Source: Tubiluchus corallicola
Lineage: Eukaryota; Animalia; Priapulida
Assembly (NCBI GenBank): GCA_030141605.1
Contig: JAQGDQ010000119.1
Coordinates: 491,005 to 555,004, forward strand
DNA: 64,000 nt
Direction: 5' to 3'
Position 1 is the first letter of the stretch. The number at the start of each line of letters is the position of its first letter. This document shows, one piece after another, positions 37,391-49,800 of the stretch. The translations under genes and the position numbers were made by a program. Below the pieces are notes generated by a model, which saw only the letters and a list, made by a program, of their open reading frames with translations, searched no databases and was not told the DNA's origin.

Positions 37391-39556
37391 CGAATGTTAT
37401 TCCCCACATCCTTTTCTGGTGCCACCCATGTAAACTGCTCGCAATCTCTCCCATAAATCAACTTATACTCATGAGCAGGATTGTCTTTTTACTACTTGTA
37501 ATATTTATATTCTTTATATTTCTCAGTGTTGAAATTTAACAACTATGTAAGCTGCAGTTTTTTGGCAATAATATTCTACCAACTAGTAATACTAAGACTA
37601 AGAGTGGTAAGAAGCTAAAATTAAAGTGGTACTATTAGGTACATACACGCGTACAATAAAAGAGTGGAGGTTAGTAAATAATAGAATGGCGGTGATGTAA
37701 TGAGTGTTGCTAAAGTAAAGTGGATAAACATAGAATATTGTATTTTTTCCAGTGTTGTTTACAGCAATAGTGTCTGTCCAATATTGAATAAATGTAATTA
37801 TGGAGCAGAACAGGGAGGGACCAAAGGATGACTGGTAGCTACTTAATAGCACTAGCACACAAAACTTGTGTTAAACTCCTGTCAATGACTGAATCATTTA
37901 GCATATGATTACTTTTAAGCTAGAGAGGTACAAGATTACAGGTTTTATATCAATAATTTATTGCACACAGGATCAGCCTTAAACAAGCTGGACCAATTTC
38001 TCCCAATTCCTCAGGGATGCCCGCGCTAGAATATATAGTAATCTGTTTTCAGCGTTTTTTATATGCACAACAATGCATTGCAAAGAGTGATTGCAATCTT
38101 TTCTATCAGTTATTGCGCAGCCATTACTGCCATCAGTGTTAATTGTGCATCGTGTGCAGCCATTGGGCCTACGTAACACTTCCCTGTCTTTGCTGCTTCG
38201 ATAAATGTAACTGACACACTTTTGATAATGATGATGATTGCCATCATTGCAGATGACTGCTTTCCAAAGTGACCACAGGTTCTTTTGAATGAAAAGTTCA
38301 GCTTTAATAATTCTGATTCCGTCATAGACGATTTTCTAGAATACAGAGGTCGGATCACTAACACGTTTGTAAGAATTTTCATAGGATTTTTTTGTTTTTG
38401 TAAAGTGACAATCGCATTTAATAACCTTCTTAGGTTACGAAACCTTTGTGAACCCATCATAAGTTTAAGAATGTCGCACGATATTACGAATAAAACAGTT
38501 TGTAAGAAGCTTTTATGAATCTGTCTGCTGATCTGTAGCTAGGCATGATAAAGATCGCATGAGGTTGACTTCAAACAATGGCGGTGTCCGTGTGTAGCAT
38601 GTAGGGTTCAAAGTGAGGGTTTAGTGAAATTCAACCTCTAACTACATGTTAAGCATCCATGCTGGTTTAAGTGTCTTAAAAAAGACTCACATCAACTTGT
38701 AATCCAACTTTTTCTTCTTCCTATAACTATAGAGCATTCTCCAAGATCTCCATGAAGTGTCTTCACAATGATTTTCGTATGCACTGTTTGGTCAAAATTT
38801 CGAAAGGATTTGGTAGGGCAGCAGCCCTTTAGCGAAACCAAACTATATCTATTGCACCCTAAGTTGCAAGGTTTTTCCGGTGGTGTGTAGCACTCCTTTC
38901 TTGTGATCCAATTTTGGTTTTATTTAGATTTCGCTAAACTTGAGTAAAAATGCCCATTTTTAGGGGTTTTTCGCCTGCCGTTCCTCCTGAACGACCCGGA
39001 TGTAAAAACGAAGGAACCCTTATGGGAACATGGGATGTATTTATATAAAGATTTGACCAGATTTTTACAGCAAGGGACAAAAATATATTTTATAAGACAA
39101 ATGTGTTTAGGACCCCCCACTTGACTTGTGCATGTTATATTGCACACCTTATTTCTGTAACAGTAATGACAAAAGTAATTATTCATATAACTTTAAAATG
39201 CTCATAGTAAATTTTTACAAGTGTTTTAAGCTCTGTTACTATCCTATTTACATACAAGAAAACCTTGTTAATAACAGGGCTGAGCAATTTTAAAGACATC
39301 TTGGCATTTGGCAGATTTTTTCTCATGCATTTTCCACGTTCTGTAGAGAATGACCCATATCAGTCCATATAAATGAATACACTTGAAGAATTAGCAACAT
39401 TAGATAGTGGTCATAGTGATCAGCTATACTTTTTTGCTTTTTTGCCCGTGGATTAAAAGCTGAGTCTCAGAGATGAATGTCTCGGATAAAGGTGTCAGAT
39501 TTTAATATACGTGCAATAAAAATAACTGTAAATATATTTATATAAAACCTCCTTAG

Positions 39557-39917
39557 TAGGACTGAGCATCGAACGTTCGAATTCGATTTGAACGAGTGTT
39601 TTAGTCACAAATTTTAGAACTTCATTCACATTTGTCATCAAAACGATTGAAACATCATGCAATTAACATAATTTAGCTATGATTTCTGTGCACAATTTTA
39701 AGCAAATTATTAGTATTTTTACAGCAATACAAAATCGAGTAATACGCGTGATCTTTGCAAGACTAATCTTTACTGGTGGTTCAAAAACTCGTTCGAAAAT
39801 CTGTCAATCTCAATTCAATTTCGATTCGAATTCGAAATACTGAAGTTCGATTCGATTCGAAAGTCACATATACGATTTGATTTGAATTCGCTTTCTGGTA
39901 GAAAATGCTCACCCCTA
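39557..39917. mobile_element. hAT-type MITE
   Basis: TIR taggactgagcat / atgctcaccccta, a perfect 8-bp target duplication CTCCTTAG (39549-39556 and 39918-39925) and subterminal TTCGA repeats. Confidence 0.88.
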
Positions 39918-40674
39918 CTCCTTAGTAGTTTTAAATGAATTTTCATGAATTATGATTGTCAACTCGGCACTAAAAGTTAGCAATCATTCACATTTATCAT
40001 TTGTTGTAGTGTAATCATTGTACTTATTGTACAGTATTGTTGGTCATATTAGTTGTATAAGTAATGAAACAAATGTTGCAAGTATTTTACATTGACGTGA
40101 AATCAATTTTACACACACGTATAAAAAAGGCACCATGATGCATACCAAACAATTTTTAATGCATTGATTATGCATTTTAATTTTGTGTTTAAAGTCAAAT
40201 CATGCTGAAGATACCATTTTAAAGGGAGTACTTACATAATCATTATTTTGTATAAAAACACATTATTAATTAGTTTTACAGAGAATGCTCATGAATCTCA
40301 AAACATAATAAGAATGTGTGTGCATTTTAAATGTAAAATGACGCATAATGTGAAAAATAACACCCTCATAATAAAATGTAAAGACACTGAAACTTGCCTT
40401 TGCAATATATCAGTAGGCCTACTACTAGACAATCGTGTTGAGACAATCTAGACAATGAGTTGAGTAAATGCACACTCATTTCAAAGCATGTTTGGTAGGT
40501 TGATCAAATAAAGTAATTACCCCAGAAAATTCTTCCAAGGCCATGCAGTTAAAAAAAGACTCGACTTTTGTAGCACAAGTGACTAAAGAGTTAAAAAATT
40601 GTTCAGAAGGTGCCAATTGAAAAAATGTGCTTGGGGGAGCGGCTGCTCCCCTATTAGTTGTGGCATTGTTACTA

Positions 40675-40718
40675 ATACTGCTGCTTCTGCTACTGCTACT
40701 GCTACTACTACTACTGCC
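40675..40718. repeat. (TAC/TGC)n trinucleotide repeat
   Basis: tactgctgcttctgctactgctactgctactactactactgc. Confidence 0.8.
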
Positions 40719-40826
40719 TTTAACTCGGTAATCTTGTTTTTTTACTTCAGAACTAATGGGAGCCCTAAGATTTTCAGGCTTCACAGTAACTGATGTAAAA
40801 GTCTGACGAGAATTAATAATTGTGAG

Positions 40827-43800
40827 ATGATGCAGGACCACAGTAGTACCACTCTACAACAGGAATGGGATGATCTCAAAATAGAGTACAAAGCTTTAGA
40901 GGTAAGGGTTAGTGGGAAGTAGGGACATTTGTTTGTACCTACTTATTACTGTGTGTACTTTGCAAAGGCTTACATCAAAGACAGTTAGTTCAAGCCTATG
41001 ATGCCCCAAAGCTGGTGAACAAATAGGAAGACCTGAAAGAGTTTACACCATCCGCTGCCAAAATATTTGGTTTCATCACTCATGCGTTCTTTCTGGCTTC
41101 CGGATGCGGATGGTAGACGCTAGTATCATTAATTAAATTATTAAATGACGTGCTGCCATATCTTTTTTATACAATGACCCTAATGTCCAAAAACAGTATA
41201 TTTGCAGGTATTGGTCCTGAATGGGCTGTACTCATTTTTTTGTAAATACTATACTTAGTTACTAACTTACTTACGCCAATTTATTTCAGAGAAAATAAAC
41301 TTAGGGCTGAGATCATTGCTCTAGTTTTACATGTCAAGACTTATAAACATATAGTGATTAAAATATATCAGAAACTGTTCAAGAATTTGCAGTCAGTGAC
41401 TTCAGAGTTGCACTGTCTCTAGACTTTTGGCAGTTGCTAGCAATCCAAAATCAGTAAAGTCAGCGTACTTTTATTACAGTAAGTTAGTGATCTACACACT
41501 GCAAGTCTTTACCTAGTTTTCACAGGACTTGCTTTCATGTAACAAAATGTATTGCATTAAATGACGCACGTTAGTAGGTGCTAGGTGGTGTGACTTTAAT
41601 TATCAAGTTTACATAGCGCTACTCAAACGATGAACATTAAAGTTACATAGCGCTACTCAAACGATGAACATTAAAGTTAGACGCAGTTTTTGACCTGCAT
41701 ATGAAAATTTCCGATGTTGTCCTTTTAAAAGGAACTACTCTCCTTGCTGCATGTTTGTCAAGAACCTTCCCTATATTAGATGTCTAAAGCATTATTCATA
41801 CTGCAGAAAAGATACACGACACCTCCTGGATTTTGTTAATCCCTTTTGCGCCTTTAATGTCTTCTTGTCTATTAAATATATAAATGACATTAGCCACTTA
41901 TAACCTATTCACTCTACATATAAATATCTGAACTAATTTTGCCTCAATGTTAAAGGCACTGTCAGAGCCTCCCCCACAGACAATGAAAAGTGGCTGGTTG
42001 GGGCTGTGCTGTGTCAGCGGAGCGTAGCGGAAACATACGTGACGGGTATGTGTCCTGTTTACATTACCAAACTAAGCCGGGTCATGGCTATGAGGATCTT
42101 CTATGACTACATACGGGAGGTAGTCATGAAAAAGTTCACTAGGTGTAGTGTTCTCTTGACTGTCAGGCTGTTTACATTTTATCCAGACCAGAAAGGTCCA
42201 CCAAGGTAGAATATTTTCTGCCCAGTATAAATGGAATTAAAGAAAATCCCACAATTATCCGGGAAAATAAAGAGCAATTCGAAGTACCCGACTAAACAGT
42301 AAGCAAAATAAACAATAATATCTGCTAAGATATATTCAGTCATCACATTCTTTCTTTTATTGGCAGTATCCCAAGCAGAACAGACAGAAACAGTGACTAA
42401 ATGAAAAATATATGTCAGGCATAATGTGACTTAACACACTATGAATGCCAGCTAACACTAGTTTTCAACAAAACAGTGTGATATAGTTTGCTTTCTACCT
42501 TGTAGGTGGCAACACTTTTAATGTGTCAGAATGTGTGTTGGCGAATTAACAAAGACGAACGAATATAACAATAGTAAATAAGTTATTAATGAGCAAGTTT
42601 AATGCAGCAAATTAAACTAAGGTTTTTGCTGTTCAAGAGCTTGTAGCACTCACCAAAATATGTACAAACAACGAAACGCTATACAGGGTAATTATCACAA
42701 TATAATTTTCTGCATTGCCATTAGTTTTGAAGTGAAATATATTTATAAAAAAATAACCTTTTTTGCTTTTTTTCCAAAAGAAATTTCAAAGTAATAAAAA
42801 AAATTGCTGTTTAATAGATGCCAGTACTGCAACATTCAGTACTGATTAATACAACACAGGTAAGCTGTAATATACGTAATTGTTTCAAATAATCATAGAA
42901 CAGAACTTCGGAAATTATTAGAAACTCTGGCATTACACTCTTAATGGAAAACCAGTGTAATGTAAAGTTTACAATTTCACCGTGTGTATAATAGAATGTG
43001 CATTGGATTGACAAGAGTAAATATAAACATTTTCTTTAAGGTAGTATTCGGTTAGCATACAAAAGTTCATAATCAGATAAAGACTCATTAACGCATTGCC
43101 GTACAATCTCCGGAAAATTGTCCAAAGGCTCCGGCTTCTTATTTGAGGGTGGAATGAAATGTGTCGATTTGAGCATATCTTGAAGCCATGGCTCCCAGCC
43201 TTCAAACACGGTCATGTCTTGAATGGGGCAATCAGACCAATCTAACATCGTGTCCACATACCGCAAACCAGTTTTTCTACAGTACTGTTTGATGATTGAT
43301 TCTGAAATGAGTCCATGTATACACGGGATATATAAGTAACAGTAAATATGGTTACAAGTTGTGCAAAAAAACTGTAGAAAAGCAAAACTTCATTAAAGGA
43401 TAAAAGCAAAGATATCATTATGAACTCGCGGATAATTTCAGTACAAGTACTACAATTCAAAACACATGTAAGTATCTATCAGCAGGTCATAAAATTAAAA
43501 AAATAACCTTACAAAATCAGAATTATGCAATTATATAAATTGCAAAATTATTCGATTTTGTACTGAATGACAGCTTTTTTGGGCAAAGCAAAGGTAGCCA
43601 GGATAAGGCAGAGGAAAATATAGCTAATTCACTGTACTTGGCTTTTGGCGTCAGAGTGCACGGGAGTACATACGTGGTGTAACAAATATACACCATGCTA
43701 AACCAGCCTAAGCTACAGGTACTTAGTACATAGAAGTGCAGCGTAAAGTGCGTACTATAGTAACACATAGTCAAGTAGATTGCCAGGTACAGTCTACCGA

Positions 43801-46800
43801 AGTTGTTTAAAAGGAAAGTTACCTGGATGTCTGGCAAGATCTTCGCTGTCAATTACAATAGCTTCTTGTCCCAACACCTTTGTCACGTAGTCATACAGCT
43901 GCTTGATTTCTTTAAACCCGGCTTCCTTTGTATCAAAGTAATCCCATCCTGCAGAATTAGGCAAAACCGTGAATAAGACTACTACCTTACAAACATCAGT
44001 GCCAGAAAAGCATTTGTATTTGACATGATGATATGTTGTACACAGATATATGGACTAGTGTAATTTTGTGAACAGCAATACAGACGCCAGATTCGGATGT
44101 CAAGCAGAAAGACTGTTATGGTATACTATATACAATATAAAGGCTAACTACTTTGCTACCTTATGCCAAGCAAAAGCTTAGTTGAGAAAACATGGTACAA
44201 ATCTCAAACTTGTGTATCTACCTGTTAGGGCTATGTCCACTGAGGCATTGTACATTGATGGAATAGCTTTCCTAGGATCGCGTATTTGAAATGTGTGGAT
44301 GTATCCATCAGGCAACAGCTCCGAATAATTTGCATGCTGCCAAACAGCATACGCCATTTCCTTAACAAATACAGCTTCATTGTCTGCAAATAAGCAAAAC
44401 ATTAATACTTTTATTATTGTGATTCTACTAAACTGGCTGAACATTGCATACTAAAGAGCATAATTTTCATCAATCATGTCTCACCTCACCATGTAGGTCT
44501 GCATTTCCATAAATTTTTAGTTCTAATCAAATTATTTTGAGACTTATGTCTCTTGTTTTTTCACAACTAACTTATTCACATAATATTTATAAAGGCCAAG
44601 TCCAGTTAAGCTGATGATGAAGAAAAAGTTAATTAGCATTAATATTGCGATTTGGTACAGTTTTCTGCAAATTACTCCATTTTTAAAGCAAATGTAGAGT
44701 ACCACGCAGTTTGTTTTAATGGAAAAAATTGAGACTTTTTGCATCACCAAACCTTAGTCTGTTAGACAGCACCTCCAAACCCTAATACTGGGTTGGTGTA
44801 GCTAGGAAGATATCTTTTTAGATAGTATCAGTACTATATCTGTTTACAAACAAATCACAGATTAAAAAAGGTACAAACTTCAAAGAACCCATCTGTTTAT
44901 TTATGGCCTAAGTTACACAGGAACTGCATGCTTTCATATGTCTACCATTCCAAATTATCATCTGATACTAGCTAATAAGTTGTGTTCTTATCTCTTTCAG
45001 CATTTAAGTATAAAAAAAACTATTGCATACATCACAAACTTACGCACTGTATAGGAACTAGAAACCATAACAATTATACATTATTAACAGATGGAACTTT
45101 AAAAATGCTGTACAAACTTCTAAGAAGCAGGTTGAATTTTTTGCTTGGAGATGTTCACATTTTTTGTGCAACCATTAGCCAATTTGAATGTAAAGATTTA
45201 CTATGATTTGCTTACATGAACTGTACATGAACAAAACATCCCACATTAATAATTGGCACACTAAACGACAACTGGACCCTCATGCATAAGATAGTTATTT
45301 ATTATTAATCACAAAAGTGCACTCTTCAATCGAATGTTGCAGCAGCCAGCAGCCTAAGGTTCAATGATGCCACTTTACAGAATTGAAACATGAATTACTG
45401 TTTGCAAGAGAGTGAACTCAAAATGTGGGCAAATTTAATTACCAGTAGCAATTTAACATTATATTTACTCTGTTTAATGTGCAGATGAACCACGTATTGT
45501 ATTTCGACTGGAGTTGGCCTTAGGCATAGAACGCATCTTTCCAAAGCCTCATAGTTCATCTGTTTTTACCTCACACAAATGATCTCCACACAACAACTAA
45601 TCAACTCGATTTTTTCCAATTAATCGTTTAAAAAAAGAAAGTTACACAGCAGTGCACATCTAGAAAACCTCCACGACAACCAAAGTTAATAATATCAAAT
45701 TATTATTGTGATCCAGTGCACCGAAGTTCAGCTTACACCTTAATTTAAATTTTATTAATAAGGTTTCCGAAACAAACAAAATTCACAAAGATAGCTGAAA
45801 AATCCCTAATTTTCTAAACATTAAACAAGAGTGAAGTAGTGGCTTAATGGTATAATGAAAAAAAAATGTGCAAGAATAAGTTGGACACGTAGCAAGTCAG
45901 GAAGGACTTACAAAAAATCATTTAAAGGACATGGGTTAACAGAAGGAAGTATTACTATATTGCGAGTGTGGTGTGGGTATGTGTTTATCTAAATCTGTAG
46001 TTGTATGCCAAAGAACAAACAAAAACGGGATAACTGAACAAATAACAAAGCTAAAGTGTTATTACTATATAAGTGAATGTTAGGCATTCATATTCGATTA
46101 TGATCTTTGAGCAAGTTGTAGAAAAAGTTTAATATTGAAGAAGTTTGGCTGAAGAGTTATGGAAAATTATAAAGTTGCCAACGAACATGAAAGGCAATAT
46201 AATTATAATTCATGTCTACACATGAGGGCTGGGAAAAACCTCAGGGAATTCATGTTCTTATAACTATGATTTCATCCTCCACAATTTTTTTCCAATTGTA
46301 AGTGCACCATAATGTAAAAATTGCTGGAGAGTTGCTAAACAGAGTGAGTCACTTTATAATGGATGCATATGCAGGAGAGCTTAGCTATTATTTCATCTTT
46401 TACAAAATGTTTTTGACTTAATTTTACATACATCATGGTCAGTGTAAATATTGTTGGAGTGTTTCGCTTCTCTGCAAGTTTTGACATAGCCATCAAGGCA
46501 AAAGTTTGAATAACAGAACCTGTTGTGTTTTAGCTATTTTCTTGTAAAATTAACAGTTTATTTTATTTGAAGAAACAGCCAGTACTGCTCTAGGATGTAC
46601 TCTATCATATCACTGCTATCAGGTGACAACTTCGTAATTCTTCATATGAAATAATCATTTGACAAAAGATAACTAAAATTTGAGCTATTAATATATTATC
46701 TTTATATGGGGTCATTATAAAACCATGATTTTTTCAGTTTTCATAATGAAACTCAGTGGAATTAAATTTCTTTCACTTGGAATTTGTAAAAAAAACAAAT

Positions 46801-49800
46801 GTGAGCAAATTTTATCTGTCTAATCTAATGTATACTGGATTTATAAACAATACAAAGCATAAACTGTGGCTATGTTCCAAATTTTTCACATTATATTATA
46901 ACTAAACTCTTGCAGCGAGTAACATTAGGAATATTAGTAAGAAAATGATATTCGTATTATGGTCGGAAAGAGAAAGAAAACGAAAATTGTTTGTGTCAGT
47001 TCTATGACCGCATCTACCGTTATAATTTCCCTCCAACGTCTCTTTAACGCCATCGTAGGTTTGAGTAGTCCATTTTATAGTGCAGCCATTCATGTCGCCG
47101 TTAATTTCGTCATCATATCGACTACTCAGCCTATCTTTTCCGTAGTAATATGGCATAGCGAAAGGTTCAAAGAAGACCTGCCAAGTATTTTAAAATAGTT
47201 ATAATTAAGGAGCAAAAGCTCCTGCATGTACTGTATATTGTTAATATGATGGCATGTTGAAAGTCTTGTAATGTCTTCGATGTTTCTCGTGTCTCCTTAA
47301 AGCACTCATGTTCTAGAAGCAGCTTTCCATTCACCTCGAGATTCGCATTAAAATGACAGATTGTCTAAGTTCATCTGCATTCTGCAGTAAAAGATTTCTG
47401 TTATTATTAATTTCCTTTCCGGTCGGCAGACGTCAGATGACAGCAGGCTGATACATCAATTTTGGCAAAATTTGCAACCTGTTCTAAAAGCGAGCATGCC
47501 ATGTTTCTTGTTAGCCATGCTCAAGCATTTGCAGTGGCTCTGAAATTGCCAAACAAGGTTTATCACTCAAAATTGTGTGAAGTACCATAACGATGTTTTA
47601 CACCTTTGGAAAGTAGACAACAGTTGACCTACACCTGTATTAAATAGAAATACTACACCAATGTCCTGAAAATTCAAAGCTGAAACAAATTATTGCAAAA
47701 ATCGGCCAGTCATGAAACCTTTGTCAGTTACTAGCTAGAATTCAGAGACTACGCATTAAAATAAAATAAAACAATATAAAATATAATTTAAAGCAAATAC
47801 AAATGAAGAATAAATATCTGCGTAATTTAGCAATACACAAACATGTGAAAGGTATATGGGTGATCATAGCAAGACTGAAATCTGGCTCACTGAGGCTAAT
47901 GCAGTAATCCTGTAACATGAGACACTGATCAGAGGTATCTTAGCTCATTCAAATGTGAATAAACAAATTCTTTCAACAAGGTAAACAGCCAGATCTGTAT
48001 GGGGAACAAAACCACCCAAAGCAAGTACTGAACCTAGTGATGGGCGATTTATAGGTAAATCAAATTAATCAAGATTACAAACATGTATAAATCGGTATAA
48101 TCGGCAATTAAGCAGTAATTCAATTAATGGAAAGCAAACTTTGTGTGTTACACACTGACTAAAAGGCAGTGTTTTAGCACAAATAAATGGAATTCTTGCA
48201 TTTATTCTTCCTTTTTCTCACCTTATACAAATTACAGAGTTGCAAACCAGTCATAGAATATTAATGAATGTGTATCTGTCTATAAAAATTAGCTTGCAAG
48301 TACGGAAATGGCAGACAGTGACAAAAATCATGAAGAAGTTTATAGGCTGTATTTCAGTATTGCAATAATTAAAAAATATGGCTAAAACATACACTAAAAA
48401 ATTGCTGCAAAAGCTTAATTGTGATATTGAATTACAAAAACAAGATTGTAATCGTATTACAACGTTTCAAAATCGCCCATCACTAATGGAACCCGTAGTT
48501 GTTACAAATTATTCACTGATTATTCCCATCGCTGAACTTTAGTAACAAACCATATACACCATGACCACTCGGCTATTCTTGCCATCTCACAACTATAAGC
48601 TATACATTGCTCTGTAAAACAAATAAGTATCACATCCTTGTTTATCACATGGATAAATCTCTTCATGCTTATAAGCACTTACCTGATCATAGCCACAAAG
48701 TGCAATTAAAGATTCATATGCGTGATATGTGGAATACTAAATATTTATGCTACCTGTTTGTCTGCTTTTAAGATATACATCTCAATCTGATTGTAGCTCG
48801 TGAAAAAAGGGCATACTAACTTAAAGGCCAGATAAGACAGGTTAACGTACATTAGCCAACTTTACTGGGACACAATTACTGGGCCTTTATTAAGTCACTG
48901 ACCCAAAATGTTCAACAGAATATCTGGTTTGTTTATACAGCCTTTATAAATGTCACCTTAACTAGTGACAGTGCAGCCTCTGATAATGCCAACATGTATA
49001 ATTTTAACTTGTATTTCATATTTTGCACTTTTTTATGTTTAGTTATATTTTGAACGGTTTTAGTACAGTTGACCTGAATGTAAAGGAGGCCCTTGGCTCA
49101 TTCTAGCTATTGAATTTAAATAAAAAGACCTTATCTTATCTCAACCTGTAAAATGAGCAGCAGGAAAATACCAGTCAGCTATGCTGTCGTCCTTGACGCA
49201 TACGACAGTCTTAGACGGCAGCAAGTGGTTATCGGACAATGGTACTGTTTAGTCCTGTTTTAAAAATGATTACACATACTCACAGTCACGTCTCCAGTGT
49301 CAAACCTAGCCTAAGTAAGAGGTCGCGCACCGTGAGACCAGAATAATGATGAGATGACAGAAAACCATTCATACTCAAAAAGTTGCACGAGTGTATGCAT
49401 ATATGTAACTTCAGTAAACAATCTATAAACTATGTAAATTAACTGCGTAGCTAATTAAATGTAGCCTGTTTATTGTCAAACAAATCAAGAGCGAGCAAGG
49501 CGACATTCTTGCACATGTCTAGTATATCAAAAGTGGTACAGTTAACAATATTTGTGACATTAGGATCACCAAGCCAAGTAAGGTAGCCAATAGTAATTTT
49601 GAAGTTTCTAGAAGTGTTTAACTGTTGTCAGAAACAAATCTCTGACATGATGATGAAATACTCATTGTACCGAAGTAGTAAGACTTAAAAGTTGTAGGTC
49701 ATAATCACATGTTATGCTGAGGTCAAGCATGATAACATACCCAAGACTATTTTTGTTTAGTTGTTATGTAGAAAAGTTTTAAGCAGGTACTTTAAATTAG

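Noticed and set aside
40476-40841. 121-aa poly-Ser ORF upstream of TMEM120
   Set aside because: It is kept open by a trinucleotide repeat and has no recognisable domain or splice context.
49643-49725. C/D-box snoRNA candidate (ATGATGA ... CTGA with tgac/gtca ends)
   Set aside because: The terminal stem is out of register for a kink-turn, and I could recall only an 8-nt possible rRNA complement (tactcatt). Not supportable without snoscan or Rfam.
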